A stretch of 64,000 nt of DNA from Amoebophrya sp. A120. Lineage: Eukaryota > Protista > Dinoflagellata. Under the pieces are notes generated by a model. The model did not search any database, was not told where the DNA came from, and was given only the letters and a program-made list of their open reading frames with translations. The translations under genes were made by a program, and so were the position numbers. Where the stretch lies: positions 3,885,556-3,949,555 of the forward strand of contig CAJINV010000005.1 in assembly GCA_905178155.1 (NCBI GenBank), read 5' to 3'. Every line of letters begins with the position of its first letter. Within the stretch, counting starts at the first letter, position 1. Below, one piece after another: positions 46,454 to 56,954 of this stretch.

Positions 46454-47590
46454 TCATCCCAGCGGCGCTCCCAGCGTTGGACCGCGGGCCGAGCGGAGCA
46501 TGGGATTGTGCAAGTGTGACGTTGTGAGGCAGTTGTCCTTTGCGGGGTGCTGTCGGGTGCGATGCATCCACAGCTCTCTCCCGCGCCCGGGTTCGGAGGC
46601 CAACGTGTTGAAGCCAAACAGCATCTTGCCGTTGTTTCCCACGAAGGGGTTGTTTTTGCAGCCCGTGCCGTAGTAGCTGTTGTGTGTCGAGTACCGATTT
46701 TGGTGAAAGTCGGGGTCAAATCGGTACTGGCGGATCCAGTTGCTGCTCAACCCGGACTCGGACCGCGCGCGCGACAGCTGCGACGTGGCGCTGCGGCTCG
46801 TTCCGGCGCTCACGGTCGAGACGGACCGCGCAGACTGCGGCGGAGTTTTCAGCGCATCCTCCCCGTCGCGCCCCGGATGGGGCTTCAGCTGACACGGAAT
46901 ATCGCGTAGAATCTGCTTCGCCGGGACCTTCTCCCCAGTTAGCAGGGAGTCGTTGTACAGAGCTCGGATCTTCTGCCGATCGCCGCGAGTATACATGTAC
47001 CTTTGATTGTATATTTTGTTTGAGCGGTTTAGGTTTTTTCTTTCGACCTCTCGATCAAGTTATTAACCGACCTTTCGTCGTGCAACTTTTACGAATCAAG
47101 GATCAATATATATTTTGTTACCCTGCCTCGTGATATGCTGCTTCTGCTCTCGTGAGCCCCGCTGACTTCTGCTCTGCTGCGGTGTTTATCCACTGCAAAT
47201 ATATCTGGGTCCTCTGGAAAAAAGCAGACACTTGTCATGTAGTTGTTGCATGATCTGCAAGAAGGTCTCGAATGCACACCGAGCAACATGGCAAATTCTG
47301 GAGGCTCTTTCTTGATGTCTAGTCTGCATAAGAAGCGCCCTCTCGAGGAGGCAAGAATGTTACTCACGTTTGTTGCTGACGCTGCAACACAAATTTTTGC
47401 CTGTATTTCCAGAACCCGCATCATACATATATAAGTATGCATCCTTCCTGTTCCTTCCAGATTCAGACACATTTGCACTGCGTAGTGTTTTTTAGACCAG
47501 GGTTGTATTCGTGCAGGGCGTGGAGGGATTGCGTTGTGCCCCAATCGCGATCGGGTACTGAGCGTGCGGAGGCAACAATGGTGCCTTCAT
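46454..47590 (-). CDS. Hypothetical protein (one introner and a probable canonical intron)
   Basis: PWSKKH|RSRAEVSG across 47187-47484; GC3-rich 180-aa ORF at 46454-46996. Confidence 0.6.
47187..47484. mobile_element. Introner, diverged A-like (298 bp)
   Basis: tatccactgcaaatatatctggg ... cagacacatttgcactgcgta; perfect DR gtgtt. Confidence 0.85.
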
Positions 47591-48379
47591 GGCGCCGACG
47601 CGCGCTCGAGCGTGCACTCTCGTTGTAAAAGCTCGACATATTGGATTTCAGACAACTGCTTCCACAGTAGACAATTGTTCAACAGTCTGCCTCAATGTGA
47701 CGCCCCCAACTTGAGCAGCTTAGAGGGCGGCATTCTGACCGGAAAAAAAATGGGCCTGTGGCTATTGTACTCATTCTTTAATTGCAGGCTTCAAAGTAAA
47801 TAAGTAGATCTGCGCTCCATAGGTCTTATCGATGTGATTTATTGACGAGGGACTATTGTCAATATCTTTTTCGATGTTGCCGCTGGCTTTTCGACCTCGA
47901 CCCCACCTCACGGAACGGCTGCTCTTTCACGATCAAATTCGTCTATCTCTACGATCACGAACAACAGCGGTACGTTCTTAAATTTGCTACGGCGTAAATC
48001 ATACATGGCATTGTGAACGACCCCACCCAGAAATATGACGATAACATGAATCTGCGAACACGAATTGAATTGGACATCAGATGAAATGGTGACACAATTT
48101 ATTCTTGTGCAAGACACACGATTTGGTACCTAAATGCACTGACTTGCACAGTCAGAGCCTTCCTTTCCCCAGGGGGATGCAGCTTCGCGTGCGACTATTC
48201 TTACCTGGGTTGACGTATCGTTTTTTACTGTGACAACCCGGCATGCACAACCCTTCAGAGTTACATCAATCTCCATGTTGTAGTCAGCAAAGGAATCAGA
48301 TAGGTCAGCATGAATGACGAGAATGCAACGTAATTTAATTGCTCCGCTCCGTTGGACACCATTTCCGGGTCACACCTGA

Positions 48380-49912
48380 CTAACGCCCGCACCTTGAAAG
48401 CTGGAACTGCCGGCGTTGTTGTTGGTTGCGTAGGGGTATGCGCTGCAAATGTGTCTGAGTATGGAACTGGGCGGGTGTTTGCCATGGAGCATTTCCATGC
48501 TCCGTGAGGTCTTGAGTGCGGGGCCTATCATTCCAGAGTCTGCAAGAACCTGTCTGCACTGCCTAAACTTAACCAAAAATAGATTAAACTTCGTGTCAAC
48601 TTGACCAAAACTGGGCAACCCCCTCGGCAGTCACGCAAGAAAGATTTTTGTGTGGCCTGCAGTATGCATCACAAATTTGCAGTTTTCGACTTCCAGACCC
48701 AGATCGCTATTTGCACTGCATAAGGGGTCAAAGGCGACCACTTTGTACATGCAGTAAAACTATCCTGTGCAAAAGTATATCGAACTCGTACCAATGAATT
48801 GCAGCCACGCGTCACATAGTTTTCTTTTCAAGAATCATGCCTGATGCAGCATGAATAACTGCATTTCAATTTCTCCTGTTGAGTACAAAATTTGCGACGC
48901 GATTCATACTTATCACTATCAGGACGATACTTTTGCAATGCATAAAGACGTGATAGCAAGGTTGGTCAGGTACAACATTGACTCAACGAAGATCGCGAAT
49001 CCCCAGTATCCTTTGCCGTCGCTGTGCTCGTAGAGTTCGGTATCATACCGCCCAAAGCCTGCGAAGTAGTCATACATATGAACAATCCCATATAGAAGGA
49101 GCGGAAGTACGTGCTCAGCTTTTCACTTTTCTCGAGCGAGACGACATCAAATCAAGTACAAATAGCAAAGTAGAATTTTCACAATACCGTTTATTGCTCC
49201 CATGGGAACGAAGCAGCACAACAGGGTGAGCAAGATCGCCACTGAGTTTGCTATTTTGTACTGAGTGAGCAGGGAAGAAGATGAGATGGCCAAGCCTCGG
49301 TACCCCTGGTAGAACACAAAAAGCGCTGCTGGCGGCAACATCATGGAATTGAGCAGCGCAAACAGGAAAAACTTGGCCGGATACCCAGAAGCCGAGGCGG
49401 TTATGATAATGCTGTTGAAGACTGTCAAGGCGCAAATGAAGCACTGAATCTCGAAAAACAGCCGCATCAACCTGGAAGTAGAGTTTTTAGATTTTTCTTT
49501 GTCTTGGTCGCAGTCGTACGTCGTTGCAGGAGGACGAGGAGCGTTTGTTCGCCTGTTTCATCATCATCAGCAAACGAACCGATATCTTTTCAACATCTTG
49601 CAATCTACTCCTACTTCATGATCACTAGACGTTTCTTATGCTAGCATAGATTGATCACCGTGTTGTCCTGGCAATCGCCACAGGAAGTTCGTCCTGCTTG
49701 TAGTGTATCAGCCTGAGCCAGGGCGGGTAGTTGTAATCCTGCCAGTTGATGCCTTGCTCCGCCTGGTTTTGCTGGTTTCCGAACCCATATGGGCGACCTA
49801 TTGGGTTCAGATTTTGCAGGCCCTGCTTGATGTCCGATTTTACCCGCCGCTCCATGTAATCTTCCATACCTCGTTCCATGAACGAGTTTCCCATCCCACT
49901 GCCGGCTGCCAT
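48380..49912 (-). CDS. SCAMP-like secretory carrier membrane protein; 2 introners plus canonical introns (3' end uncertain)
   Basis: YNYPPWLRLIHYKQDELP resembles the SCAMP NWPP..EIP motif and is followed by 4 hydrophobic helices; junctions ITS|YCMYKVVAFDP|YATNN. Confidence 0.65.
48437..48722. mobile_element. Introner, diverged A-like (286 bp)
   Basis: tatgcgctgcaaatgtgtctgagtatggaa ... ttccagacccagatcgctatttgcactgcata; perfect DR agggg. Confidence 0.85.
48761..48944. mobile_element. Degenerate introner (184 bp)
   Basis: tatcctgtgcaaaagtat ... atacttttgcaatgcata; DR aaaac/aagac; frame restored. Confidence 0.8.
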
Positions 49913-51068
49913 CTTGTCTTAACGAGCTGCACGAGAACTTCTCCTACCGCGCTGTCTTCGACGCTGCTCTGGGTCGTTTTGTTTTCGACGTTGGTGCCGT
50001 CGGGGCTCAGTCTCCTTTACTGAGAAATCGCAACTATTGACGAGGCGTGCTTCTACCCGTGCTCATTGAGCCAACTTGGCTGGACGTTCTTGCACAGAGA
50101 TGAAAGTGGAAGGACAGGCAGAAGCAATCAAGTAACTCATGGTGAATGAAGACTTATAACGCGGATTGCACGAGCGCAGCACGAATATTTTGAGAAATAA
50201 ACGGAGAGCAAGTCCTCGACTTACTACAGCTGTATATCAATAAACAATATCAACACGACACGGGAGGAGGAGATTATCAGTAAAAATGCGGCTTCTTCTC
50301 GGGTCCATGTCGCGAGGACAAAACACGACGGAAAATTGAATTCAGAACAAGCGAAAATGATTCATTTGCTTCGCACTCAATTTGTTTCTACAGTCACCTT
50401 TATTTCTAAGTATACTTACATACACAGCTGTGGTGTGCTTACATCTTCTTCTTGGTACTCTCCCTTCCACTGTCTCTTCTTTCTTCCACCAAGAGGAACA
50501 CAGGCTGCACCCAGTCGGTGCGACTCTTTTGCTGTGAATGATTGTCGATACCATCGGACTTTGATGCGGTGAGCATTGGCATTCATTCACATACCGAAAA
50601 ATGTCAGCATACACACACAAGCATTCCTCATGCACTACGAGTAAACAAGTTTGCGCGCGTGTATGACATATATAAACTGGAAGAAACAAAGCTCTTCACG
50701 GGAATGCGCCGAGTCGCTTTAACTCTATTCAGTAGCTAACAGCGTACAGAAATGTATGATGATGACTTATGTTTAATTTTCCAAAAAAAAAACGGAGGCT
50801 CCATGAGGAAGATGTTGTTTATCGTAATAGCAAAACTAACATTTATGTTCATACTCGGCATCGCTCTGCGTGAAAAATGAAAAATGTGCAACCCTACCAC
50901 AGTTATAGTAGAGCTCAAAAATAAAAACTAGCTCCTAGCTTGGTTCTCGTCAAGAGAATAATGGAGTTCTTTGTAATTGGGCGCAAACACTAACTCTAGT
51001 CCAACAGCAGGGCAGTAAGAAATAACTGCCTGGAGAACGCAATGTGCATACCCGTCTCGAGCCGCTTT

Positions 51069-54000
51069 TTAGCTCGAGCTTTTTCCACCTTTCCCGCCGT
51101 ACCCATTGGAGTAGTAGCTTGAGTTCCTCCCTTTGCTTTTCCGTGACCCCTCGCCCTTATTCTCCGTCTATGCACTGCAAATATGTCCTGGACTGGAGAC
51201 GTGCATCAAACTTGTGATGCGTCCTCCTGTGCGTCATGGTCATACTCATACAACAATCAAAATCTGTGTTGCACCAGTACCAAAAGTTGAATGGCCAGTT
51301 TTGGTCCATTTCGGAGGACGTTATTTCTCATGCGAGATCTTCGATAGAAAATGCGAAGTAGACCTTGCAGAATCCAACGAGGCTATGCATTCCAGACCAC
51401 GCGGGGCATGAAAAAGCTGCCTGACAACCTTCTGCCGTCTCCCAGACCCAGACATATTTTGTTTTCAATTGATACCGCACCTTCCTCCCGAGAATTGCTT
51501 GACTCGCCTTCAGACTTTTTCCCTTTGCTACTTTTCTCGTAGGCGCTTTTTCCTTCTCCCCCCTTGCCTTTCACATTTTCGCCCTGCTTTGAACCCTTGC
51601 CTTTTTTGTCCTTCCCGTCCTTGTTGAGTTGCCACCCGTCCTTTTCCAGTTGCTCCCCTTTCTGCTGGCCGCCTTTACTGCCCCTTCCTTTGGCAGCAGC
51701 TTCACCAGTGCCCTTCGCCGCCCCCTTCTGCTCACCCCCATCGCTTTCTCGGTTTTTGCTGCCCTTCCCCTTTTCATCTTTGCCGCTCTTGCCTTTGTTC
51801 CCCTTACCCTTGTTTTCAGCAGCTATTTCTTTTGCGTCCGCGGTCGTTGGAGCAGCGCTCGTCGCCGGTTCTTTTCCAGTGCCTTTATTGTCCTTGTCTT
51901 TTCCTTTGCCCTTGCTCGACCTTCTCTCCGCCGGGCCAGCATCACCGCCGGAAATTTCAGTGTTCTTGCCTTTGCCGCTGCCCGTCTTGCCATTTCCTTT
52001 TGCGTTTGAGGCCGGTTCCTGTTGCTCTTTCGAACTTCGCACCGCTGCCACATCTGCGTAGGATAACATGCTGCCGCCGGGCTTTTTACCCTCGGTACTT
52101 TCGGGAGTTGGTTCTGAGCCGTTTATTTTCGGGCCGCCCGTGTTGTTTTTCTTGCCGGTCGAAGATGTCGGGGAGGTTGTTGTAGGTGAGCTGCTCACGA
52201 CACCTCCTGAGGACGGCGGTTCTTGTACGGGATTGGTACTTTCCTCGTTTTTCCTTTTCCTTTTCGATGTCGCTTTTTTCTTGTCCGAGGCAGCGGCAGC
52301 CGTCACGTTGGTGGTGCGTTCTTGGATTGACACAGACCGCTCCAGGTGGTGGTGCTGCGGAGAGGTGGTAGTAGAAGAACTACCGAGGAATTGCAGTTTG
52401 TCTTCGGAGATGGACAAATGCCGCTTGATATCTACCATGACTTTCTCGACTTGCTCCGCGTCCATGACGATTTTCCGACCTTCCCTAGTGGTGATCTCGT
52501 GGTAAGACTTCGTCGTCGTAGAAGCGGAAGTTGCACCATTGGTTGCCGCACCAGCGGCTTTGGTCTTGGAGGAATCCCGCCGTAGTTGTCCACTTTCTTG
52601 TGTCTCGCTTTCAGAAGATTTCCGGCCGTTTCCACGGGTGATTGGCTCCGTCGAGGAGAGCACAGCGTCAACGGTGGACGAGGAGGACGATTTTCTTTGT
52701 AAGTTTGATCTTGGGGTGCTGTCGGTCAAAACTTCCCGGGCCATGGGGGAATCGAAGGCATTTATCACGTCTTGCAAGCTGGGAATCATCCAAGGAAACA
52801 AGGTCGACTACAGTGGTCACACACTTTATTTGCAGGTGAAGAAAATCAACAAAAGTCCGGAGATTATGGGGAAATAAACATGCCTACAGGTTGTACGCGA
52901 CAGACACAGACTGCGCTCCTGCATTTCGCACATGATAGAACTTGTCTGTCTTGCTGCTTCACAGCAGCTGCAGAGTGTGTAACAACTGTATGCAGTTTTT
53001 TCTAGGCATAGTGATCTTGATGTCATTGATGCGTTCTACTGCCCGCTTTTCGATGCTGGACTCGCTGATGCCGGCAAGCAAAGGAGACTTGAAGGCCTGT
53101 GATAGTATATTTTTTGTGTTGATAGTATCGCATTCATAAATTTGAGTTGTTTATTATTTTTGCAGTGCGACCACGGTGTAGGTACCTACGTAAAAAAGCC
53201 ATCCAGAACTTGGAATCATGTTTGGGCAACAAACTTTGTTTGTGACGAGAAAAACAAAAACGTATGTATGAAGATCAGTACTTTCATGATGTAGATGTGC
53301 TCCGGCGTTTTTTTCGTGCGGAAGTTTCCGGGGGCCGCGGAGATGTAGATCGTCTGTGGTTGAAACACCAACCCCGCGCGGATGACGTAGTGGGGCAGCT
53401 GATCCCACAAAAAGCAGCTTGCGTGCTTCAAGTCGTTGATGCTGCAACACAGTTGCACATGCGCGCGGTTGAGGCTGTAGCGGTTTTTCGGGTCGCGGTA
53501 AAGCTCTTCCACTTCGCAAACGGGAACTTTTTGGAGTTTTTTTCCACCGCCGCCCTTGTTCATCTTTCCACCAACCGCGCTGGTGTTTCCTTCTGCACTG
53601 GTTCCACCTGTCGGGGCACCAGTTGCCGGAACCCGTTGGTAGATCGTGTCCAGACGTTTGAAAATGGGACAGGATTTCTTCAACTCCATGCGTGGCTTGG
53701 TTGCACCGCTGGTGGACGTCGCTGTTGTCGCTGTTCCGCCACTTGCTTGCAGGTCCCCCGGGTTTGTCGCTTTGTTGTTCCTGTTATTTTTGTAGGTCGT
53801 GAACACAGGTGCTGACGCATTTTTACCGCCGTTGCTCGTCGAGGCCAACGACTTCATCGCCGTTGTAGTTCTATCGCGAGATGCGGAGGAAAGGTTGTGA
53901 ACAAATTTGGAGGCGTAGGAGCCTCCGCTGCTGTCATCCTCGTCGTCGTCCCAGTTTTGTTCCTCCTCATCCTCCAGCACGCCCTCGTCCTCCGACTCGG

Positions 54001-56954
54001 CCGCCGCCTCGTTTTTCCCGCCCAGCTATCAAACGGAAAAATCCCTCCTCCCCATATCGAAAACGAAATTTGTGATGCTGTATTTGAGTACACAAATCGA
54101 CTTGTAATGCTAGAAGGCCAAGAGACGCAGCTGTGGCCTCGTTTGCAGGCAATTTGTTGTGCTGTTTCCCACTTCCAGCTGCCCCCTGTCATGCTGAAGA
54201 TCCAAGGCTTTCCCACGCCAACCAGCACTACAGGTCGCATCTTTTCCCTTCTAGCATGACAAAGCTGATTTGTGGCCACAAATCTGCATCGCAAATTTCT
54301 AGTTTGAATATGGGGTGGGAGGATTTTTCATTTTGATACCAGCACGCTGTTGCTGAGCTCCAGTCCCTGCACGCGGTTTTCGTCCAGGCAGCGGAAGAAC
54401 TCCAGGGTGACAGATTCGCCAATCGTCTTGGTCATGTAGCCGTAGTCCCAAATCGTTCGCTCGTTGTCCCGAAACTCGATGGTGCCGTTGCTCCCGATGG
54501 GGTAGTTGTCGATTTTCGTCAGCACGTCGTAGGGCTTCAGCTTGCCGTGCACCGGCGAGAACTCCGCGATCTTGCAGATAATCACACCGTCGAGCTGCTT
54601 GGGCTGCTTCGGAGTGTAGGCACCCGCGGCTGCAAAGTTATCCTTGTTGCTTGTCGAGGAGGCGGCTGAAGTAGAGTTTTGGTAGTTCGGGATTTGTTCC
54701 GGCATACCAAGAAACTGCTTCATCAGCTTCGACTCCAGTTCCTGCTCCACAATGCCCAGGTCCGGCACCTCGTAAGTCCGTTTCTCGTAGAAGTCCTCGA
54801 ACAGCGTTTTTTTCAGTACATCCACGGCGATGAAAAAGCCGCCGTCCTTGCCCGAAATGCCCTGAAAGCTGATGCCCGCAATCTTCCCGTCAATGCTCAG
54901 CACGGGGCCGCCGCTGTTGCCCGGCGCAATGCTGGTGTCCGTGTCCACGCTGAGCACGTAGTGGCCGCTGTGCGCGCCGTTTTGCAGCTCCACGCGGCTG
55001 ACGGCCCCGCGGGTCAGCGACATCTCCTCGCCGCCGATGGGAAAGCCAAAGGCCGTCACCGTGTCGCCGACGAAGGGGGTGTCGCCCAGTTGCAACGGGC
55101 TGGAGGACGCAATGAACGCCTTCTTGTCCTCACTGTCGCGGATCTCCAGCAGCGCCAGATCCACGTCGTGCGCCACGCGCTTCACCTTGCACACGTACTT
55201 TTTGTCCATACCCGCGCGCCGGATCTCGATGTAAGTCGCCTGCGCGACCACGTGCGCGTTGGTCACCAGGTACGTTTTGCTTTGTTTCGCCGGGGACGAG
55301 TTTTTAGAAGTTGTACTAGCAGAAGTAGTAGCTCCACCTCGCGCATCGTTTTTCGTCGAAGCAGTGGAACCGGGACTAGTTTGATTAGCCATTTTTGCAC
55401 TTGTAGTTTTCGGCTCTGTAGTGCCGTCTGCAGCAACAGCAACAGGCGGAACTACTACATCACCAGCAGCTCCCGAACTTCTACCACCTCCCGACGAGAT
55501 GTTGTACTCCACCAAAAACCCAGAGCCGAACGCGTTGACCTCGCGGCGCACGGGGGACCAGGGCTTGCCGTAGTCGTATTCCACACTGGAGACGTAGATT
55601 TTCACCACGGACTTGGCCACCACGGTGGTGTCCAGCCGGTTCGGCTTCGCCTGCAGAGCCTGCTTGCTTTTTCGGGCTCCACCCGACGACGTTTTGGACT
55701 GGCCGAGCGGCCCGCCCATGGCGCTCGCGGACGAGCTGGTGCGGTTGGGGAGCCCGAGCTCGGACGCCCGGGCTTGGTCCACGAGGAAATTCTGCATCAG
55801 GATCGGCAGCAGCGCGTCCACAGACTGTTGGCCCTCGGGGGAGGCGTTGGCGTTGTTCATCAGCATTGCGTATCAAATGCAAAAATGTCTGGGTCTGGAA
55901 GAGTCCAAGATTTGTGATGCAGGTTTTCCATGACCCGTGAGGTCTGGAATGCGAGACCCAGCATGACAGATTCTTTGAGGTCTCTTTCATGCCTTTCCTG
56001 CATGAGAAACTCCCTCTCAACTTGGTCAAAAGCGGACAGCTTTTGGTACTCACGCAACACAGATTTTTGCATCATTCAGATTTAGCATGACAGGTTCTAA
56101 TCTTCCAGACCCAGACACTTTTACATGTATTTGATATTGCGATCAGCGACGGGAGCATGTGCTTGGTGGACGTGAACTCCGGGTTCTGTCCCTGCTCTAT
56201 CCCAGAGAAAAAAGCTGGCAGGGCATTTTCGTAATGCAAAAAGAAATACCGGAAGGTTTGTCATGGGTGGCCCCATCGCATGCTGTTTCGGATTTTCATT
56301 TTTTGTGTATTTATTTTCGCATTATAAATATGCCCTGCCAGCTTTTTTCTGTGTGATATGCTCCACGTCCGACAGACTCGCCTGCGAGCGGATGCTACCC
56401 TTGTCCATGGAGACCGACCGGCGCAGCTGATGGTGCCCGGTCTGGCCCGGGGTGGCGGAGGGTGGTTCCCCGTTTTGCATTTGTGCTGTCGTTGATGTCA
56501 TCATGCTGCTGCCGTCAAACAGCTTCAACATTTTGGTTCCACCAGTATTTGTTCCGCCGCCCGTGCCGTTGGTCAGCATCAGCGCAGCGCACAGGTCGTC
56601 GACGCGGGCGCGTAAGGACTGCAGTTCTTCATACATGTTCTCCGGGGGCGGCACCGGCGGGTCCACGAGGATCCGCGACAGGGGCGACCCCTGCTGGCCA
56701 AACGTGGGCGCGCCATCAGAGGAACTGAATCCCGAGCCCGTTGTAGATGCGCCTGGTGGTCGTGCCGGGTAGGCGACCGGGCCATCGCGGTCCGAAGCGG
56801 GATTTCCAAAATCATACGCGGCAGCGCTGTCCCGGGGGTTGGGGACCGCTTTGTTTTGGTTGCGTCGCTTATTGTTCTTTTTCTTGGCCACCGAGGACGA
56901 GGGAGATTCCGCTAGCGGGGCCCCTGGTGCTGTCCCCGTTGTTCCGGTTGACAT
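51069..56954 (-). CDS. Deg/HtrA serine protease with PDZ domains and long low-complexity extensions; 4 introners
   Basis: Catalytic triad TNAHVV, HDVDLAL, IAPGNSGGP; PDZ LKPYDVLTKID..GTIEFR; PHYVIRAGLVFQP typical of Deg2/9/10-type enzymes. Attachment of the Lys/Gly-rich 51069-52801 part is inferred. Confidence 0.85.
51169..51474. mobile_element. Introner, diverged A-like (306 bp)
   Basis: tatgcactgcaaatatgtcctggactggag ... cccagacccagacatattttgttttcaattgata; DR ccgtc/ccgca; restores EEGAENKGEG to the stop at 51069. Confidence 0.85.
54027..54338. mobile_element. Introner family C (312 bp, intact)
   Basis: TIRs; perfect DR ccagc; restores SVLGGKNE. Confidence 0.95.
55871..56136. mobile_element. 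Introner family A, alternative-core subfamily (266 bp)
   Basis: A TIRs; perfect DR ttgcg; restores SLIAMLMN. Confidence 0.93.
56198..56358. mobile_element. Introner family F (161 bp)
   Basis: F TIRs; perfect DR tgctc; restores DVEQGQN. Confidence 0.93.

Noticed and set aside
49041-49186. Candidate introner (tatc...aata) in the SCAMP-like gene
   Set aside because: No 5-bp DR or extended TIR. An ordinary GT-AG intron restores INGFGRYDTELY.
38129-55917. Long + strand ORFs such as 38129-39076, 42159-43091 and 54679-55917
   Set aside because: Antisense shadows of GC3-rich - strand genes (RAD26, Deg protease).
596-56136. Recurring short ORFs with LPDPDIF / KMSGSG / KNVWVWK
   Set aside because: These are translations of the family A TIR in different frames, not a protein family.
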